Positions 19,088-28,135 of a stretch of DNA of 41,168 nt are shown here, in pieces. A program made the position numbers and the translations under genes. The first letter of the stretch is position 1, and each line of letters opens with the position of its first letter. Source of the DNA: an uncultured bacterium (GTDB lineage Bacteria > Patescibacteriota > Minisyncoccia > UBA6257 > GWB1-50-10); NCBI GenBank assembly GCA_903827975.1, contig CAIKKG010000024.1, forward strand, positions 66,523 to 107,690, given 5' to 3'. The notes under the pieces were generated by a model. It searched no databases. It worked only from the letters and a program-made list of their open reading frames with translations, and had not been told where the DNA came from.

Positions 19088-19486
19088 ATGAAAAAGAAAA
19101 TAAAAAAAGCGAAGCCAAAAGCGAAGAAAAAAATAGTTGTTAAGCTAAAAACAAAAACTAAACCAAAGCAAAAAACCAAACCTAAAAAGGTTGTAAAAAA
19201 AGTATCAGTAAAAACAAAAGCTGTAAAAAAAATAAGTGTTCCTAAGGCAATAGGTAGGGTGACTCATTTTTTCGGACATATAAAAGTTGCTATTGTTAAG
19301 TTTAAAGTTCCAGTTAAGGTGGGGGCAGAGATACACTTTAAGGGCGCAACAACCGACTTTAAAGAGGTAATAAAATCAATGCAGTTTAACCACGAGAGCA
19401 TAAAGATTGCGAAAAAAGGAAAGGAAATAGGGATTAAAATAAAGAAAAAAGTTAGGGAGGGGGACGAGGTGTTCCAGGTTAAATAG
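19088..19486 (+). CDS. Lys-rich N-terminal tail plus translation-factor/U32 C-terminal-like beta-barrel
   Basis: About 50 aa K/A/P/V-rich tail, then IGRVTHFFGHIKVA...G.EIGIK...VREGDEVF. Confidence 0.7.
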   Translation: MKKKIKKAKPKAKKKIVVKLKTKTKPKQKTKPKKVVKKVSVKTKAVKKISVPKAIGRVTHFFGHIKVAIVKFKVPVKVGAEIHFKGATTDFKEVIKSMQFNHESIKIAKKGKEIGIKIKKKVREGDEVFQVK

Positions 19487-19495
19487 GTAATAAGG

Positions 19496-19527
19496 AAGCG
19501 AAGCGCTACGGAGCGCTTCGTTTTTTT
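19496..19527 (+). terminator. Intrinsic terminator
   Basis: GCGAAGCGCT-acgg-AGCGCTTCGT followed by a T-tract. Confidence 0.8.
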
Positions 19528-19555
19528 ATCAATCTTCATTTATAATGAGTGCGGT

Positions 19556-20668
19556 ATGAACCGAAACTTTATATTTGCGTCCAGCCTGCTTGCAAGAACA
19601 ATTATAGGCGCTGGAATATTCTCACTTCCGTTTGTTTTTTATTCTGTTGGGTTTGGTATTGGTATGTTATACCTTTTTGTTTTTGTGCTTGCATATTGCG
19701 CGATGCATATTATGTATGCCGAATCTATAGAAACAGAGCCCGAAGGCCACGACTTTGCACACCTGGCTAGAAAGTATCTCGGTAAAAAACTAGGTACTTT
19801 TGCTGTTTTAATAACACTCATAGAATTACTTATAGTTTTAACCGCTTACATTATTCTTTCACAGTCATTTTTCAGTATTTTATTTGGAATGCCTGGTATA
19901 TATGCGGCAATTCTTTTCTGGCTACTTGGAACTATTTTTATTTTTGTCGATCTTAAATGGATTGAGCGGGTCTCTGTTGGGAGTGTTCTTTTCTTACTTA
20001 TTACTGCTTTTATTATTTTCCAGTACTCACTACCTCATGTATTTACCACACCAACTTCTAAGTCGTTGGATTTATTTGTTTTACTTCTCCCATTCGGGCC
20101 ACTATTTTTTGCACTGAACGGAAGGCCGGGTATATCTAAAACGGTAGCGGTCTGGAGGAGTGCTAAAAAAAGTAACAGTCCATTCTCGTTAAGGAAGGCA
20201 ATTATAGTTGGAACACTACTTCCAAGTCTCGTTTATATAATATTTGTTATTGGTGTTTTAAAACTAAGCCCAATTCCATCACAAGACGCGATTTCTGGAA
20301 TTGCCAACATCCTTCCGTTGTGGATAGTAAAACTGCTTGGGGTTTTTGGATTCTTTGCTATCTGGGCGCCCTACTTCATGATTGGCTCAAATATAAAAGA
20401 TATTCTTGAGAAAGACCTACGCTTTGGACGGTGGATTGCTGCGTGGCTTATCATTCTTATTCCAATCGGTTTATTTTTTTCAGGTGTTACACAGTTTTTG
20501 TCAGTAATTGGTTTTGTTGGTGGTTTATTTCTTGCACTCGAGGGCATTTTCGTTGTAACAATATGGAGGAGGGCCTTCCCCAAAAGTAGGTTCCGCTCAG
20601 TTTCTTATTTTCTTTATTTGCTCTTTATCCTCTCAATTGCATATGAAATTATCTTTATAATTTTCTAA
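19556..20668 (+). CDS. Amino acid permease (aromatic amino acid/HAAAP-like)
   Basis: TIIGAGIFSLP motif; about 11 hydrophobic segments. Confidence 0.85.
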   Translation: MNRNFIFASSLLARTIIGAGIFSLPFVFYSVGFGIGMLYLFVFVLAYCAMHIMYAESIETEPEGHDFAHLARKYLGKKLGTFAVLITLIELLIVLTAYIILSQSFFSILFGMPGIYAAILFWLLGTIFIFVDLKWIERVSVGSVLFLLITAFIIFQYSLPHVFTTPTSKSLDLFVLLLPFGPLFFALNGRPGISKTVAVWRSAKKSNSPFSLRKAIIVGTLLPSLVYIIFVIGVLKLSPIPSQDAISGIANILPLWIVKLLGVFGFFAIWAPYFMIGSNIKDILEKDLRFGRWIAAWLIILIPIGLFFSGVTQFLSVIGFVGGLFLALEGIFVVTIWRRAFPKSRFRSVSYFLYLLFILSIAYEIIFIIF

Positions 20669-21982
20669 ATGCGTAAAATACTAAAAGGGTTAATTCTTAT
20701 ATTTTTTTTCTCTCTACCACTCGGGACAAAGAAATTTATTTCCATTCTTCTCCCGCAGTTTTTTGAGTATTCTCGCGAATTCTCTTCTTTATTTTTATAT
20801 GGCACAGACATACTTGCTGTAGTAATAATTATTCTATCTCTAATTTATTTTAAAAAAATTCACTTTGGCAAGGCAAAAATTATTCAGGTGCTGTCCGTGT
20901 TTTCCTCGCTTTTGATTCTTTCTCTTTTTTTTGTAAGCAATTTTTATTATTCTCTTTTTATTTTTATAGAACTAGCAATCGCAATTCTATCTGCTCTCGC
21001 CATACATAAAGTAATTGCAGATGAAATAGTAGACTTTAGAAGTATTTGCGTCGCGCTTGGTGTTTCTGCATTTTTTGAGGCTGTAATCGCAGTTATACAG
21101 TTTCATTTTCAGAAGAGTCTGGGTCTTTGGTTTTTGGGAGAGCCGGTGGTTGATGTAGCAACTCAGGGTGTGGCTAGAGTCACTATTGCGGGTATAAGTT
21201 ATTTGAGAAGTTTTGGTACTTTGCCACACGCAAACATTCTCGCATCATTTCTTATAGTTGGGTTTATATCTATAGCATATTTATATTTCACAGCTAATAA
21301 AAATATAATGGTTTCGCGGAGCATTTCTATTTTTGGTATTTTAACAATTCTATATGCTCTTGTTCTTACGTTCTCACGATCAGGTTGGATTATAGCCGGT
21401 ATATCAACGCTTGTGTTGTTGATATATGGATTTAGTGTGCGCGAACTTAGAAAAACAACAACAACCTTCTTACTTGTTATTTTGGCCTCGTCTATCTTAA
21501 TCACATATTATCTTTGGTGGGCGATAGCACCACGCTCAAGTTTTGTAAAAGGGGAGGCCTCTGTAGACCACAGGGTTTTTTATAACGAGATTGGTCTTTC
21601 ACTAGTAAAAAAATATCCGCTTGGTGTTGGAGTCGGTAATCAGGTAATTACCGCAGCACAAAACGGTTTATATTTGGAAAAGGGATTGAAGCAGGCCTGG
21701 CTCGCTCAACCAATTCATAATATTTATATTTTAATAATGTCAGAGGTTGGCGTCTTTGGTTTATTCACTTTTTTACTGCTTATTTTTTATTCATATAAAG
21801 CAGTAAGAATACGGCATCCAAAAACTGTATTTGCTGGAATTATGTTTGGGTCACTACTTTTATTCGGCCTTGTTGATCACTTTTCATGGGACCTACATGC
21901 TGGGCGACTGATGTTTTTTGTGATGTTAGGAACAATAATGGGACTTTCTATGGATAATAAGTCATCGTCTTTCAATGGATAG
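20669..21982 (+). CDS. O-antigen ligase-like (Wzy_C) membrane protein
   Basis: Multi-TM; RSFGTLPHANILA, TFSRSGW, PLGVGVGN and PIHNIYILIMSEVG motifs. Confidence 0.88.
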   Translation: MRKILKGLILIFFFSLPLGTKKFISILLPQFFEYSREFSSLFLYGTDILAVVIIILSLIYFKKIHFGKAKIIQVLSVFSSLLILSLFFVSNFYYSLFIFIELAIAILSALAIHKVIADEIVDFRSICVALGVSAFFEAVIAVIQFHFQKSLGLWFLGEPVVDVATQGVARVTIAGISYLRSFGTLPHANILASFLIVGFISIAYLYFTANKNIMVSRSISIFGILTILYALVLTFSRSGWIIAGISTLVLLIYGFSVRELRKTTTTFLLVILASSILITYYLWWAIAPRSSFVKGEASVDHRVFYNEIGLSLVKKYPLGVGVGNQVITAAQNGLYLEKGLKQAWLAQPIHNIYILIMSEVGVFGLFTFLLLIFYSYKAVRIRHPKTVFAGIMFGSLLLFGLVDHFSWDLHAGRLMFFVMLGTIMGLSMDNKSSSFNG

Positions 21983-22024
21983 GATGCTAGCCTCCGAAGC
22001 CAGAAATTGAGGTTCGACTCCTCA
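21961..22024 (+). pseudogene. Truncated, degenerate tRNA-Arg(CCG)
   Basis: D-loop AATGGATA, anticodon arm CTAGC-CTCCGAA-GCCAG (one mismatch), T-arm TGAGG-TTCGACT-CCTCA; the 3' acceptor strand is replaced by an A-run. Confidence 0.75.
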
Positions 22025-22046
22025 AAAAAAGATTTAAATATAATAA

Positions 22047-22958
22047 GTGATAAGAATCGAACGGAATAAAAACATAAGTAGCCTCACCACCTTTGGAGTT
22101 GGTGGAGGCGTAGAGTATTTTTGTTTAGTAAAAAACTCAAAAGAATTTTACGAGGCAATTGCTTTGGCAGATAAAAAGTGTCTTAAATGGCGACTATTTT
22201 CTGGTGGTAGTAATCTGGTTCTACCTGATAAAAGAATATCTGGACTAGTTATTCGAATGTATGGTGGGCAAATTAAAAAAGATAAAACAAAACTTATTAT
22301 TGATGCTGGGGTACTACTCTCACGAGTTGTTGCTGCGGCAATAAAGGCTGGATTTCAGGGTATAGAGCAGCTGTCTGGAATTCCTGGGACGGTTGGTGGA
22401 GCGATCGTTGGGAATGCTGGGGCCTACGGGTGTTCAATCTCAGATCTCGTTTCGCGGGTGCTTGTGTGGGATGGGTGCGGTGAGCGATGGATTTCTGTCA
22501 AAGAATGCGGATTTAATTATCGTGAAAGCATATTTAAAAATAATGGGTGGATTGTTCTTCGTGTTGAATTAATTTTTGTAAGCGGTGATAAGAATAAAAT
22601 CAATGAACGTTCTAAGGAAATTATTGCGGAGCGGTTAAAGAAATATCCAAAAGGGCTTATGTGCCCAGGAAGTTATTTTAAAAATATTCTCGTCGCCGAA
22701 CTTTCCGGTGAGGCACTAAAAAAAATTGATAGAACAAAAATTATTGGTGGTAAGGTACCGGTCGGATATTTATTAGAGGTTGTTGGTGCAAGGGGCATGA
22801 GGCGGGGAGACGTGTGTGTGGCTACATATCACGGAAACCTAATTTTAAATAAAAATAATGGAACAACGCATGACGCAAAATCACTCGCGCGAGCGCTTAA
22901 GTCTAAGGTTTTTAAAAAATTTGGAATACTAATTGAAGAGGAGGTAAGATATTGGTAA
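22047..22958 (+). CDS. murB: UDP-N-acetylenolpyruvoylglucosamine reductase
   Basis: TTFGVGG, GGSNLV, GIPGTVGGAIVGNAGAYG, YRESIF, GSYFKN and EEEVR motifs. Confidence 0.95.
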   Translation: MIRIERNKNISSLTTFGVGGGVEYFCLVKNSKEFYEAIALADKKCLKWRLFSGGSNLVLPDKRISGLVIRMYGGQIKKDKTKLIIDAGVLLSRVVAAAIKAGFQGIEQLSGIPGTVGGAIVGNAGAYGCSISDLVSRVLVWDGCGERWISVKECGFNYRESIFKNNGWIVLRVELIFVSGDKNKINERSKEIIAERLKKYPKGLMCPGSYFKNILVAELSGEALKKIDRTKIIGGKVPVGYLLEVVGARGMRRGDVCVATYHGNLILNKNNGTTHDAKSLARALKSKVFKKFGILIEEEVRYW

Positions 22959-23524
22959 TGGATAAGTGTAAGGCATTAAAAAAACTCGAGGAAGAAATTG
23001 AGAATAATAAGGGTCTCCCGCTTTTGGAGGCTAATCTTGTTTTTGGCGAGGGTAATGCGGACTGCAAAATTCTTTTTATAGGTGAGGCACCAGGGAAAAA
23101 AGAGGACGAGTTGAGAAGACCATTTGTGGGGCGCTCTGGTAAGTTGCTCGAAAAAACACTCTGTGGAATCGGTATTAGTCGAGATGATGTGTATATTACA
23201 AACATTATTAAGAGGCGACCTCCGGAAAATAGAGATCCATCCAAGAGCGAGATAACGGCATATACCCCTTATTTAATTCGCCAGATAGATATTATAAAAC
23301 CAACCGTTATTGCAACACTTGGTAGATTTTCAATGAATTATTTTCTGCCAGATGCAACGATTTCTATAGATCAAGGGCACGTGTTTAAAGTGGGTGAGTA
23401 TTTTGTATATCCCATTTATCACCCAGCTGCTGCAATGCGTAATAAGAAAACGATGGCTGAGTTTAAGAATAGCTTTAAAAAACTACAACTAGCTATAAAA
23501 AAGTGCGAGGGTTTAAATAAGTAA
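22958..23524 (+). CDS. Uracil-DNA glycosylase, family 4-like
   Basis: GEAPG, PFVGRSG, RPPENRDP and YHPAA motifs; TAATG overlap with the murB stop. Confidence 0.92.
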   Translation: MDKCKALKKLEEEIENNKGLPLLEANLVFGEGNADCKILFIGEAPGKKEDELRRPFVGRSGKLLEKTLCGIGISRDDVYITNIIKRRPPENRDPSKSEITAYTPYLIRQIDIIKPTVIATLGRFSMNYFLPDATISIDQGHVFKVGEYFVYPIYHPAAAMRNKKTMAEFKNSFKKLQLAIKKCEGLNK

Positions 23525-23578
23525 AATTCTGACTTTTCTACTACTCATAAAACCCTAAAACAGGTATAATTAGATTAT

Positions 23579-23920
23579 ATGGATTTTGCGCTCACGTATG
23601 TGATTTGGCGCTTTTTCTACCGAATCGGCGATTTCTTGCGCCATTGGTATGTCAGAAGCCCACACATGTATATGGAATTTGTTATTGATATTTTGCGTCG
23701 CATGGACAACACGCTTGCTTGGCGCATAACACTGAAATACATATTTAAACCGTTATACGGAGATTATTCCCTAATCGGTCATATTTTGGGTTTTATATTC
23801 AGATTTAGCAGGTTGTTAATTGGTGGCGTAGTATATCTTTTTGTTTTTGCACTTGCTGCACTCGCATATTTGTTGTGGTTACTAATTCCACTATATATTC
23901 TTTACCTAATAATTTATTAA
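23579..23920 (+). CDS. Small hypothetical membrane protein, likely partner of the Clp ATPase
   Basis: Hydrophobic; FKPLYGDY...G.IFR motif; ends 9 bp before the Clp gene. Confidence 0.8.
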   Translation: MDFALTYVIWRFFYRIGDFLRHWYVRSPHMYMEFVIDILRRMDNTLAWRITLKYIFKPLYGDYSLIGHILGFIFRFSRLLIGGVVYLFVFALAALAYLLWLLIPLYILYLIIY

Positions 23921-23929
23921 TAGAAAATA

Positions 23930-26440
23930 ATGTTATATTTTGATGAACAAAGATTAAGATTTACAGCTATAGGTGATTTTTTTGTTCGCTTAATCACATA
24001 CTCTGCTTATGCACTTTTATCAATTGGAGCATTTTTCTTTTTAGTTTCTACATCAACAAATATTAAAGCGCTTGGTGTCCTCTTCGCAATATTTCTTATT
24101 GATAGGGCATTACACGTTAAAGATGGTGAGAGATCAATTCCAGAACTTAAAGGTGAGAAGAGAAACGTGTCGCTTGCATTTACTCCGTCCGCACATAGAG
24201 TGCTTAGTCGCGCATTTAGGAAGTCGCGTGCCATAGGTAAGAATTTTTATCTTATTCTATTGCAGGAACTCATAGAACGCCACGATATAAAGGAGTCACT
24301 CACCAGACTATCAGTTAATATCCCTGAATTTGAGAAGAGGGTTAATAATGCAATAAGAGATTCAAAACAAGATTCACCAACAAAAGAAGAGTTGTTGAGT
24401 GTTGTTGAGTCATTATCTATCAGTGCCTATGGAGAGGCTGTTCAGATAGGAGAGGAGTATATCCATGGACGAAATTTATTCGTAGCGCTTTCCCTTGTAG
24501 GAGACCCGTCAATCGCGAGACTTTTTGAATTAGCAGAGCTTTCAACAGCAAATATAAAAGAAGCAATAATTTTTGGGAGATGGAGAAAGGCGTTTTTCGG
24601 TGGGATACCATCAGCATTAAGTGGGTTTGTTAATATACACAGAAGTCGTGGGACTCGTAAGGTTATGAATCGTGCGTGGACATCAAGGCCAACACCGCTA
24701 CTAGATAGGTTTAGTACCGACATTACTGATGTCGCGCGAGGTGGTGGGGCTGGTTTCTTAATAGGTCATGAGAAAGAGTATGACGCATTATTGCGAGTTG
24801 TTTCTCGCATAGGAAAGCCAAATGTATTGATAGTTGGTGAGCCAGGATCAGGAAAAACATCAATTATCGCACACCTAGCATATCGCATGTCTAAGGATGA
24901 TGTGCCGGCAGTTTTATTTGATAAACGATTAATCTCTATAGATATTGGAGCTCTTATTTCTGACACAAATACAGAAGCACTTGCAGGTAGGTTGAAGGGT
25001 ATCACAGACGAGATTCTCTCTGCTGGTAATGTGGTTCTTCATATTGCAAATATGCACGACCTTTTCCGCACTGGTCAGGCCAAGGCAATAAACGCAATTG
25101 ATATGTTGTTGCCAGTCATAATAAACGAGGGTATTCCTGTTATTGGTGAATCATTTCCACGAGAGTTCAAGCAGTTTATAGAACCAAGAACAGATTTTTT
25201 GGCGCAGTTTGATGTTGTAAATGTAGACGAGTTGTCTGAGGAGGATTCAGTTAGGTTCCTTATTTATAGCTCACTTATTCTAGAGAGGGAGTATGGTGTT
25301 TTTATAACATTCAGAGCGATTGAAAAAGCTGTTAATCTTGCGCATAGATATTTTCACGAAAGACTTTTGCCGGGAAGTGCTGAGGATCTTTTGAAGCAGG
25401 CATTATCAAATGCAAAAACAGAAAAGCTTAAAACACTAGACGCATCAGCAGTTATTGCTGTAGCAGAAAAACAAAGCAAGGTTCCAATTGAGCAAGCGAG
25501 TGAGTTGGAGGCGGAAAAACTTCTTAATCTTGAAAGCATAATCCATGAGAGATTTGTAAATCAGGATTCTGCTGTAAGCTCAGTCTCACGAGCACTTCGC
25601 GAATATAGGAGTGGACTTTCACGTAAAGGTGGTCCGATAGCAACGTTCCTTTTTGTTGGGCCAACCGGAGTTGGAAAAACTGAGTTAGCGAAAATTCTTG
25701 CGGGAATTCAATTTGGTTCTAAGGACTTAATGCAGAGATTTGATATGTCAGAGTATCAGGACAAGCAAAGTATTTTTCAATTAACTGGAACGCCAAACGG
25801 AGATAGGGGTGGAGCGCTTACAGACGCCGTGTTAAAAAATCCATATTGCCTAGTTTTGTTAGATGAATTTGAAAAAGCACACCCTGATATTTTGAATTTA
25901 TTCTTGCAGGTTTTTGATGATGGACGACTTACAGATAGCTCGGGGCGAACCGTTGATTTTCAAAACACAATTATAATTGCTACATCTAATGCAAACTCAA
26001 AATATATTAAAGATGAGATAGAAAAGGGAACTAAAATTGAAGATATCGCTGTTGAAATAAAGAAGAAGCTGACCGACTATTTTAAACCAGAACTTGTTAA
26101 TCGTTTTTCTGATATTATCGTTTTTCGTGATTTGAAGCCCGAGGAGATATATGTTGTTGCTAAATTCCTTATTAAGGACGTTGTTGGAACACTAAGAACA
26201 GCACAGGGTGTGGACCTTCGTGTAGATGATTCAGCTCTCCTTAAAATATCTGAGTTAGGATTTAGTCCAGTTTTTGGAGCCAGACCACTTAGACAGGTTG
26301 TTTCTGAAAAGGTAAGAAGCACGCTTGCGGAAAAGATATTAAGGCGCGAGATTGTGCGCGGCTCAGTTCTTTTGCTTAAGTATGAAAATGAAAAGTTTGT
26401 TTGGGAAAATGTCGATGACGGCGTAAATAAGGTACAATAG
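23930..26440 (+). CDS. ClpA/ClpB-family AAA+ ATPase with N-terminal transmembrane segments
   Basis: Two N-terminal hydrophobic helices, Clp-N-like region, GEPGSGKT, GPTGVGKTE, DMSEYQ, LLDEFEKAHP and FGARPLR motifs. Confidence 0.9.
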   Translation: MLYFDEQRLRFTAIGDFFVRLITYSAYALLSIGAFFFLVSTSTNIKALGVLFAIFLIDRALHVKDGERSIPELKGEKRNVSLAFTPSAHRVLSRAFRKSRAIGKNFYLILLQELIERHDIKESLTRLSVNIPEFEKRVNNAIRDSKQDSPTKEELLSVVESLSISAYGEAVQIGEEYIHGRNLFVALSLVGDPSIARLFELAELSTANIKEAIIFGRWRKAFFGGIPSALSGFVNIHRSRGTRKVMNRAWTSRPTPLLDRFSTDITDVARGGGAGFLIGHEKEYDALLRVVSRIGKPNVLIVGEPGSGKTSIIAHLAYRMSKDDVPAVLFDKRLISIDIGALISDTNTEALAGRLKGITDEILSAGNVVLHIANMHDLFRTGQAKAINAIDMLLPVIINEGIPVIGESFPREFKQFIEPRTDFLAQFDVVNVDELSEEDSVRFLIYSSLILEREYGVFITFRAIEKAVNLAHRYFHERLLPGSAEDLLKQALSNAKTEKLKTLDASAVIAVAEKQSKVPIEQASELEAEKLLNLESIIHERFVNQDSAVSSVSRALREYRSGLSRKGGPIATFLFVGPTGVGKTELAKILAGIQFGSKDLMQRFDMSEYQDKQSIFQLTGTPNGDRGGALTDAVLKNPYCLVLLDEFEKAHPDILNLFLQVFDDGRLTDSSGRTVDFQNTIIIATSNANSKYIKDEIEKGTKIEDIAVEIKKKLTDYFKPELVNRFSDIIVFRDLKPEEIYVVAKFLIKDVVGTLRTAQGVDLRVDDSALLKISELGFSPVFGARPLRQVVSEKVRSTLAEKILRREIVRGSVLLLKYENEKFVWENVDDGVNKVQ

Positions 26441-26448
26441 ACTCTGAC

Positions 26449-27000
26449 ATGAACATCAAGCCAGTTATTAAAACAGATATCACAAAAAAGGAATTCTCAG
26501 CAGGAATTATTATTTTTAGGCGCACCAAGGAGGGGCCTAAGTTTTTAATTTTGTACCATGGCGGTCCTTATTGGAACTTTCCAAAGGGAAAACTAGAAGG
26601 GGAGACAAATTTTAAAGCAGCCCTTCGCGAGGTAAACGAGGAGACGGGGATACAGCAGGATGAGCTTAGATTTAAGAGTTGGTTTAAAGTACAGGATAAA
26701 TTCACTTATGTGCGGAATAAGGAGAAGATTGCCAAGGTGGTTACATACTATTTGGCGGAAACAAAACAAAAAGAAATTAAATTGCACATTGTCCCAGACA
26801 CGCACGAAGGGGAGCAGCACGAGGGATACGGATGGTTCTTATATCGAGATGCTGTTCGCCTGCTAATTTCTCCAACACTTAAACAAAATCTTAAACGAGC
26901 ATACTTGGCTATAACAAGGAAGAAAGTGACGCCAACCACACAAAGAGTAGTGCCACAAATAATAAAGGCGATTCCAGTAATAAAAAACCCGCTCGAGTAG
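26449..27000 (+). CDS. NUDIX hydrolase (Ap4A hydrolase-like)
   Basis: SAGIIIFR and WNFPKGKLEGETNFKAALREVNEETG Nudix box. Confidence 0.9.
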   Translation: MNIKPVIKTDITKKEFSAGIIIFRRTKEGPKFLILYHGGPYWNFPKGKLEGETNFKAALREVNEETGIQQDELRFKSWFKVQDKFTYVRNKEKIAKVVTYYLAETKQKEIKLHIVPDTHEGEQHEGYGWFLYRDAVRLLISPTLKQNLKRAYLAITRKKVTPTTQRVVPQIIKAIPVIKNPLE

Positions 27001-27012
27001 AGCGGATTTTTT
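26982..27012. terminator. Bidirectional terminator
   Basis: CCGCTC-gagta-GAGCGG flanked by A/T tracts. Confidence 0.7.
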
Positions 27013-27013
27013 A

Positions 27014-27367
27014 TTACTTTGCGCTTGTTGCTGCCTCTACTATCTTCACAAATACTTTTGGTTCTGTTTTTGCTAGTTCAGAGAGAATTTTGCGATCTAT
27101 CTCAATGTTCTTTTTCTTTAATGCTCCCATCAAGACACTGTAGCTTACGCCCTGCTGTCTTGCTGCTGCATTTACCTGAACCTGCCAGAGAGCTCTCATA
27201 TCGCGTTTCTTTTCCTTGCGACCCTTGAACATTCTGCTTTGTGAGTGTAGCAATGCTTCTTTTGCTGCACGCTCTTTTGATTTTCTTCCCCATTTAAAAC
27301 CCTTTGTGAGTTTTAAAACCTTTTCTCTTTTTTTGTGGGCTACTACACCCCTTTTTACGCGTGTCAT
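27014..27367 (-). CDS. rplT: 50S ribosomal protein L20
   Basis: MTRVKRG...KRDMRALW...IDRKILSELA. Confidence 0.97.
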   Translation of the reverse strand: MTRVKRGVVAHKKREKVLKLTKGFKWGRKSKERAAKEALLHSQSRMFKGRKEKKRDMRALWQVQVNAAARQQGVSYSVLMGALKKKNIEIDRKILSELAKTEPKVFVKIVEAATSAK

Positions 27368-27370
27368 ATA

Positions 27371-27547
27371 TTAAAAATATTTCTTTACTAATTCTTTTGA
27401 GTTTACTAATCCACGATTAAGCTTCTTCCTATTCATCTGCGAGCTCGACTTATTAACCCTTGAGTGACCAAGTGCCATGGCTCGGCGGACAACCTTCCCC
27501 TTTTTTGTTATTCGTATTCTTTTTGAAATACTTTTCGGTGTTTTCAT
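27371..27547 (-). CDS. rpmI: 50S ribosomal protein L35 (58 aa, absent from ORF track)
   Basis: Manual translation MKTPKSISKRIRITKKGKVVRRAMALGHSRVNKSSSQMNRKK...; lies between infC and rplT. Confidence 0.92.
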   Translation of the reverse strand: MKTPKSISKRIRITKKGKVVRRAMALGHSRVNKSSSQMNRKKLNRGLVNSKELVKKYF

Positions 27548-27549
27548 AT

Positions 27550-28050
27550 TTATTTTTTTGCAATTTGTGTTATAAATCCTCTTCCTCCTTGTTTTGGTGG
27601 CAATGTAACTAGGTGTGGGGTAGTAATCATTTTTAGAAATTCTTTTAATTTCTGAAGTCCCCAGTCTTTATTACCTTTTTCTCTGCCTTTAAGGAACAAA
27701 CCAATCTCAACCTTATGACCACCAGCAAGAAACTCCTCAACCCTCTTCACCTTAACCATAAGGTCGTTTTGAGCGGCCCTTGGTGTTATGCGTACCTGCT
27801 TTAGCTCTTTAGCCTTCTGCATGGTTCGCTTCTTTTTCTCTTCTTTCTCCTGTTGGTATCTAAACTTATCAAAACCTATGATTTTTGCAACTGGTGGCTT
27901 AGCCATCGGGGCAATCTCTATTAGGTCCAGACCCCTCTCCAATGCCGCCTTTAGTGCCTGACTTAGAGACATAACACCAAGGTTCTCTCCCGCATCGGTT
28001 ACCACACGGAGTTCTGCTGCCTGTATTTGGTTATTTATTCTGTATTGAAT
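27550..28050 (-). CDS. infC: Translation initiation factor IF-3 (probable ATT start)
   Basis: RINNQIQAAELRVV, LDLIEIAP, PPVAKI and KGREK motifs; in-frame ATT at 28050 fits the usual AUU start of infC. Confidence 0.95.
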   Translation of the reverse strand: MQYRINNQIQAAELRVVTDAGENLGVMSLSQALKAALERGLDLIEIAPMAKPPVAKIIGFDKFRYQQEKEEKKKRTMQKAKELKQVRITPRAAQNDLMVKVKRVEEFLAGGHKVEIGLFLKGREKGNKDWGLQKLKEFLKMITTPHLVTLPPKQGGRGFITQIAKK

Positions 28051-28106
28051 AGGAAAATCATACCACAGATTTTCTATTTGTAAAATATTTGGAGGTGCCT
28101 TTGGAT

Positions 28107-28130
28107 AAAAAAGGAGCCCCGAAGGGCTCC
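28107..28130 (-). terminator. Intrinsic terminator with UUCG loop
   Basis: Minus strand GGAGCCC-TTCG-GGGCTCC-TTTTTT. Confidence 0.85.
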
Positions 28131-28135
28131 GAAAC

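Noticed and set aside
26412-26420. CGATGAC as the displaced 3' acceptor strand of the tRNA-Arg remnant
   Set aside because: A 7-bp match is expected by chance, lies inside the Clp CDS and has no adjoining T-arm sequence.
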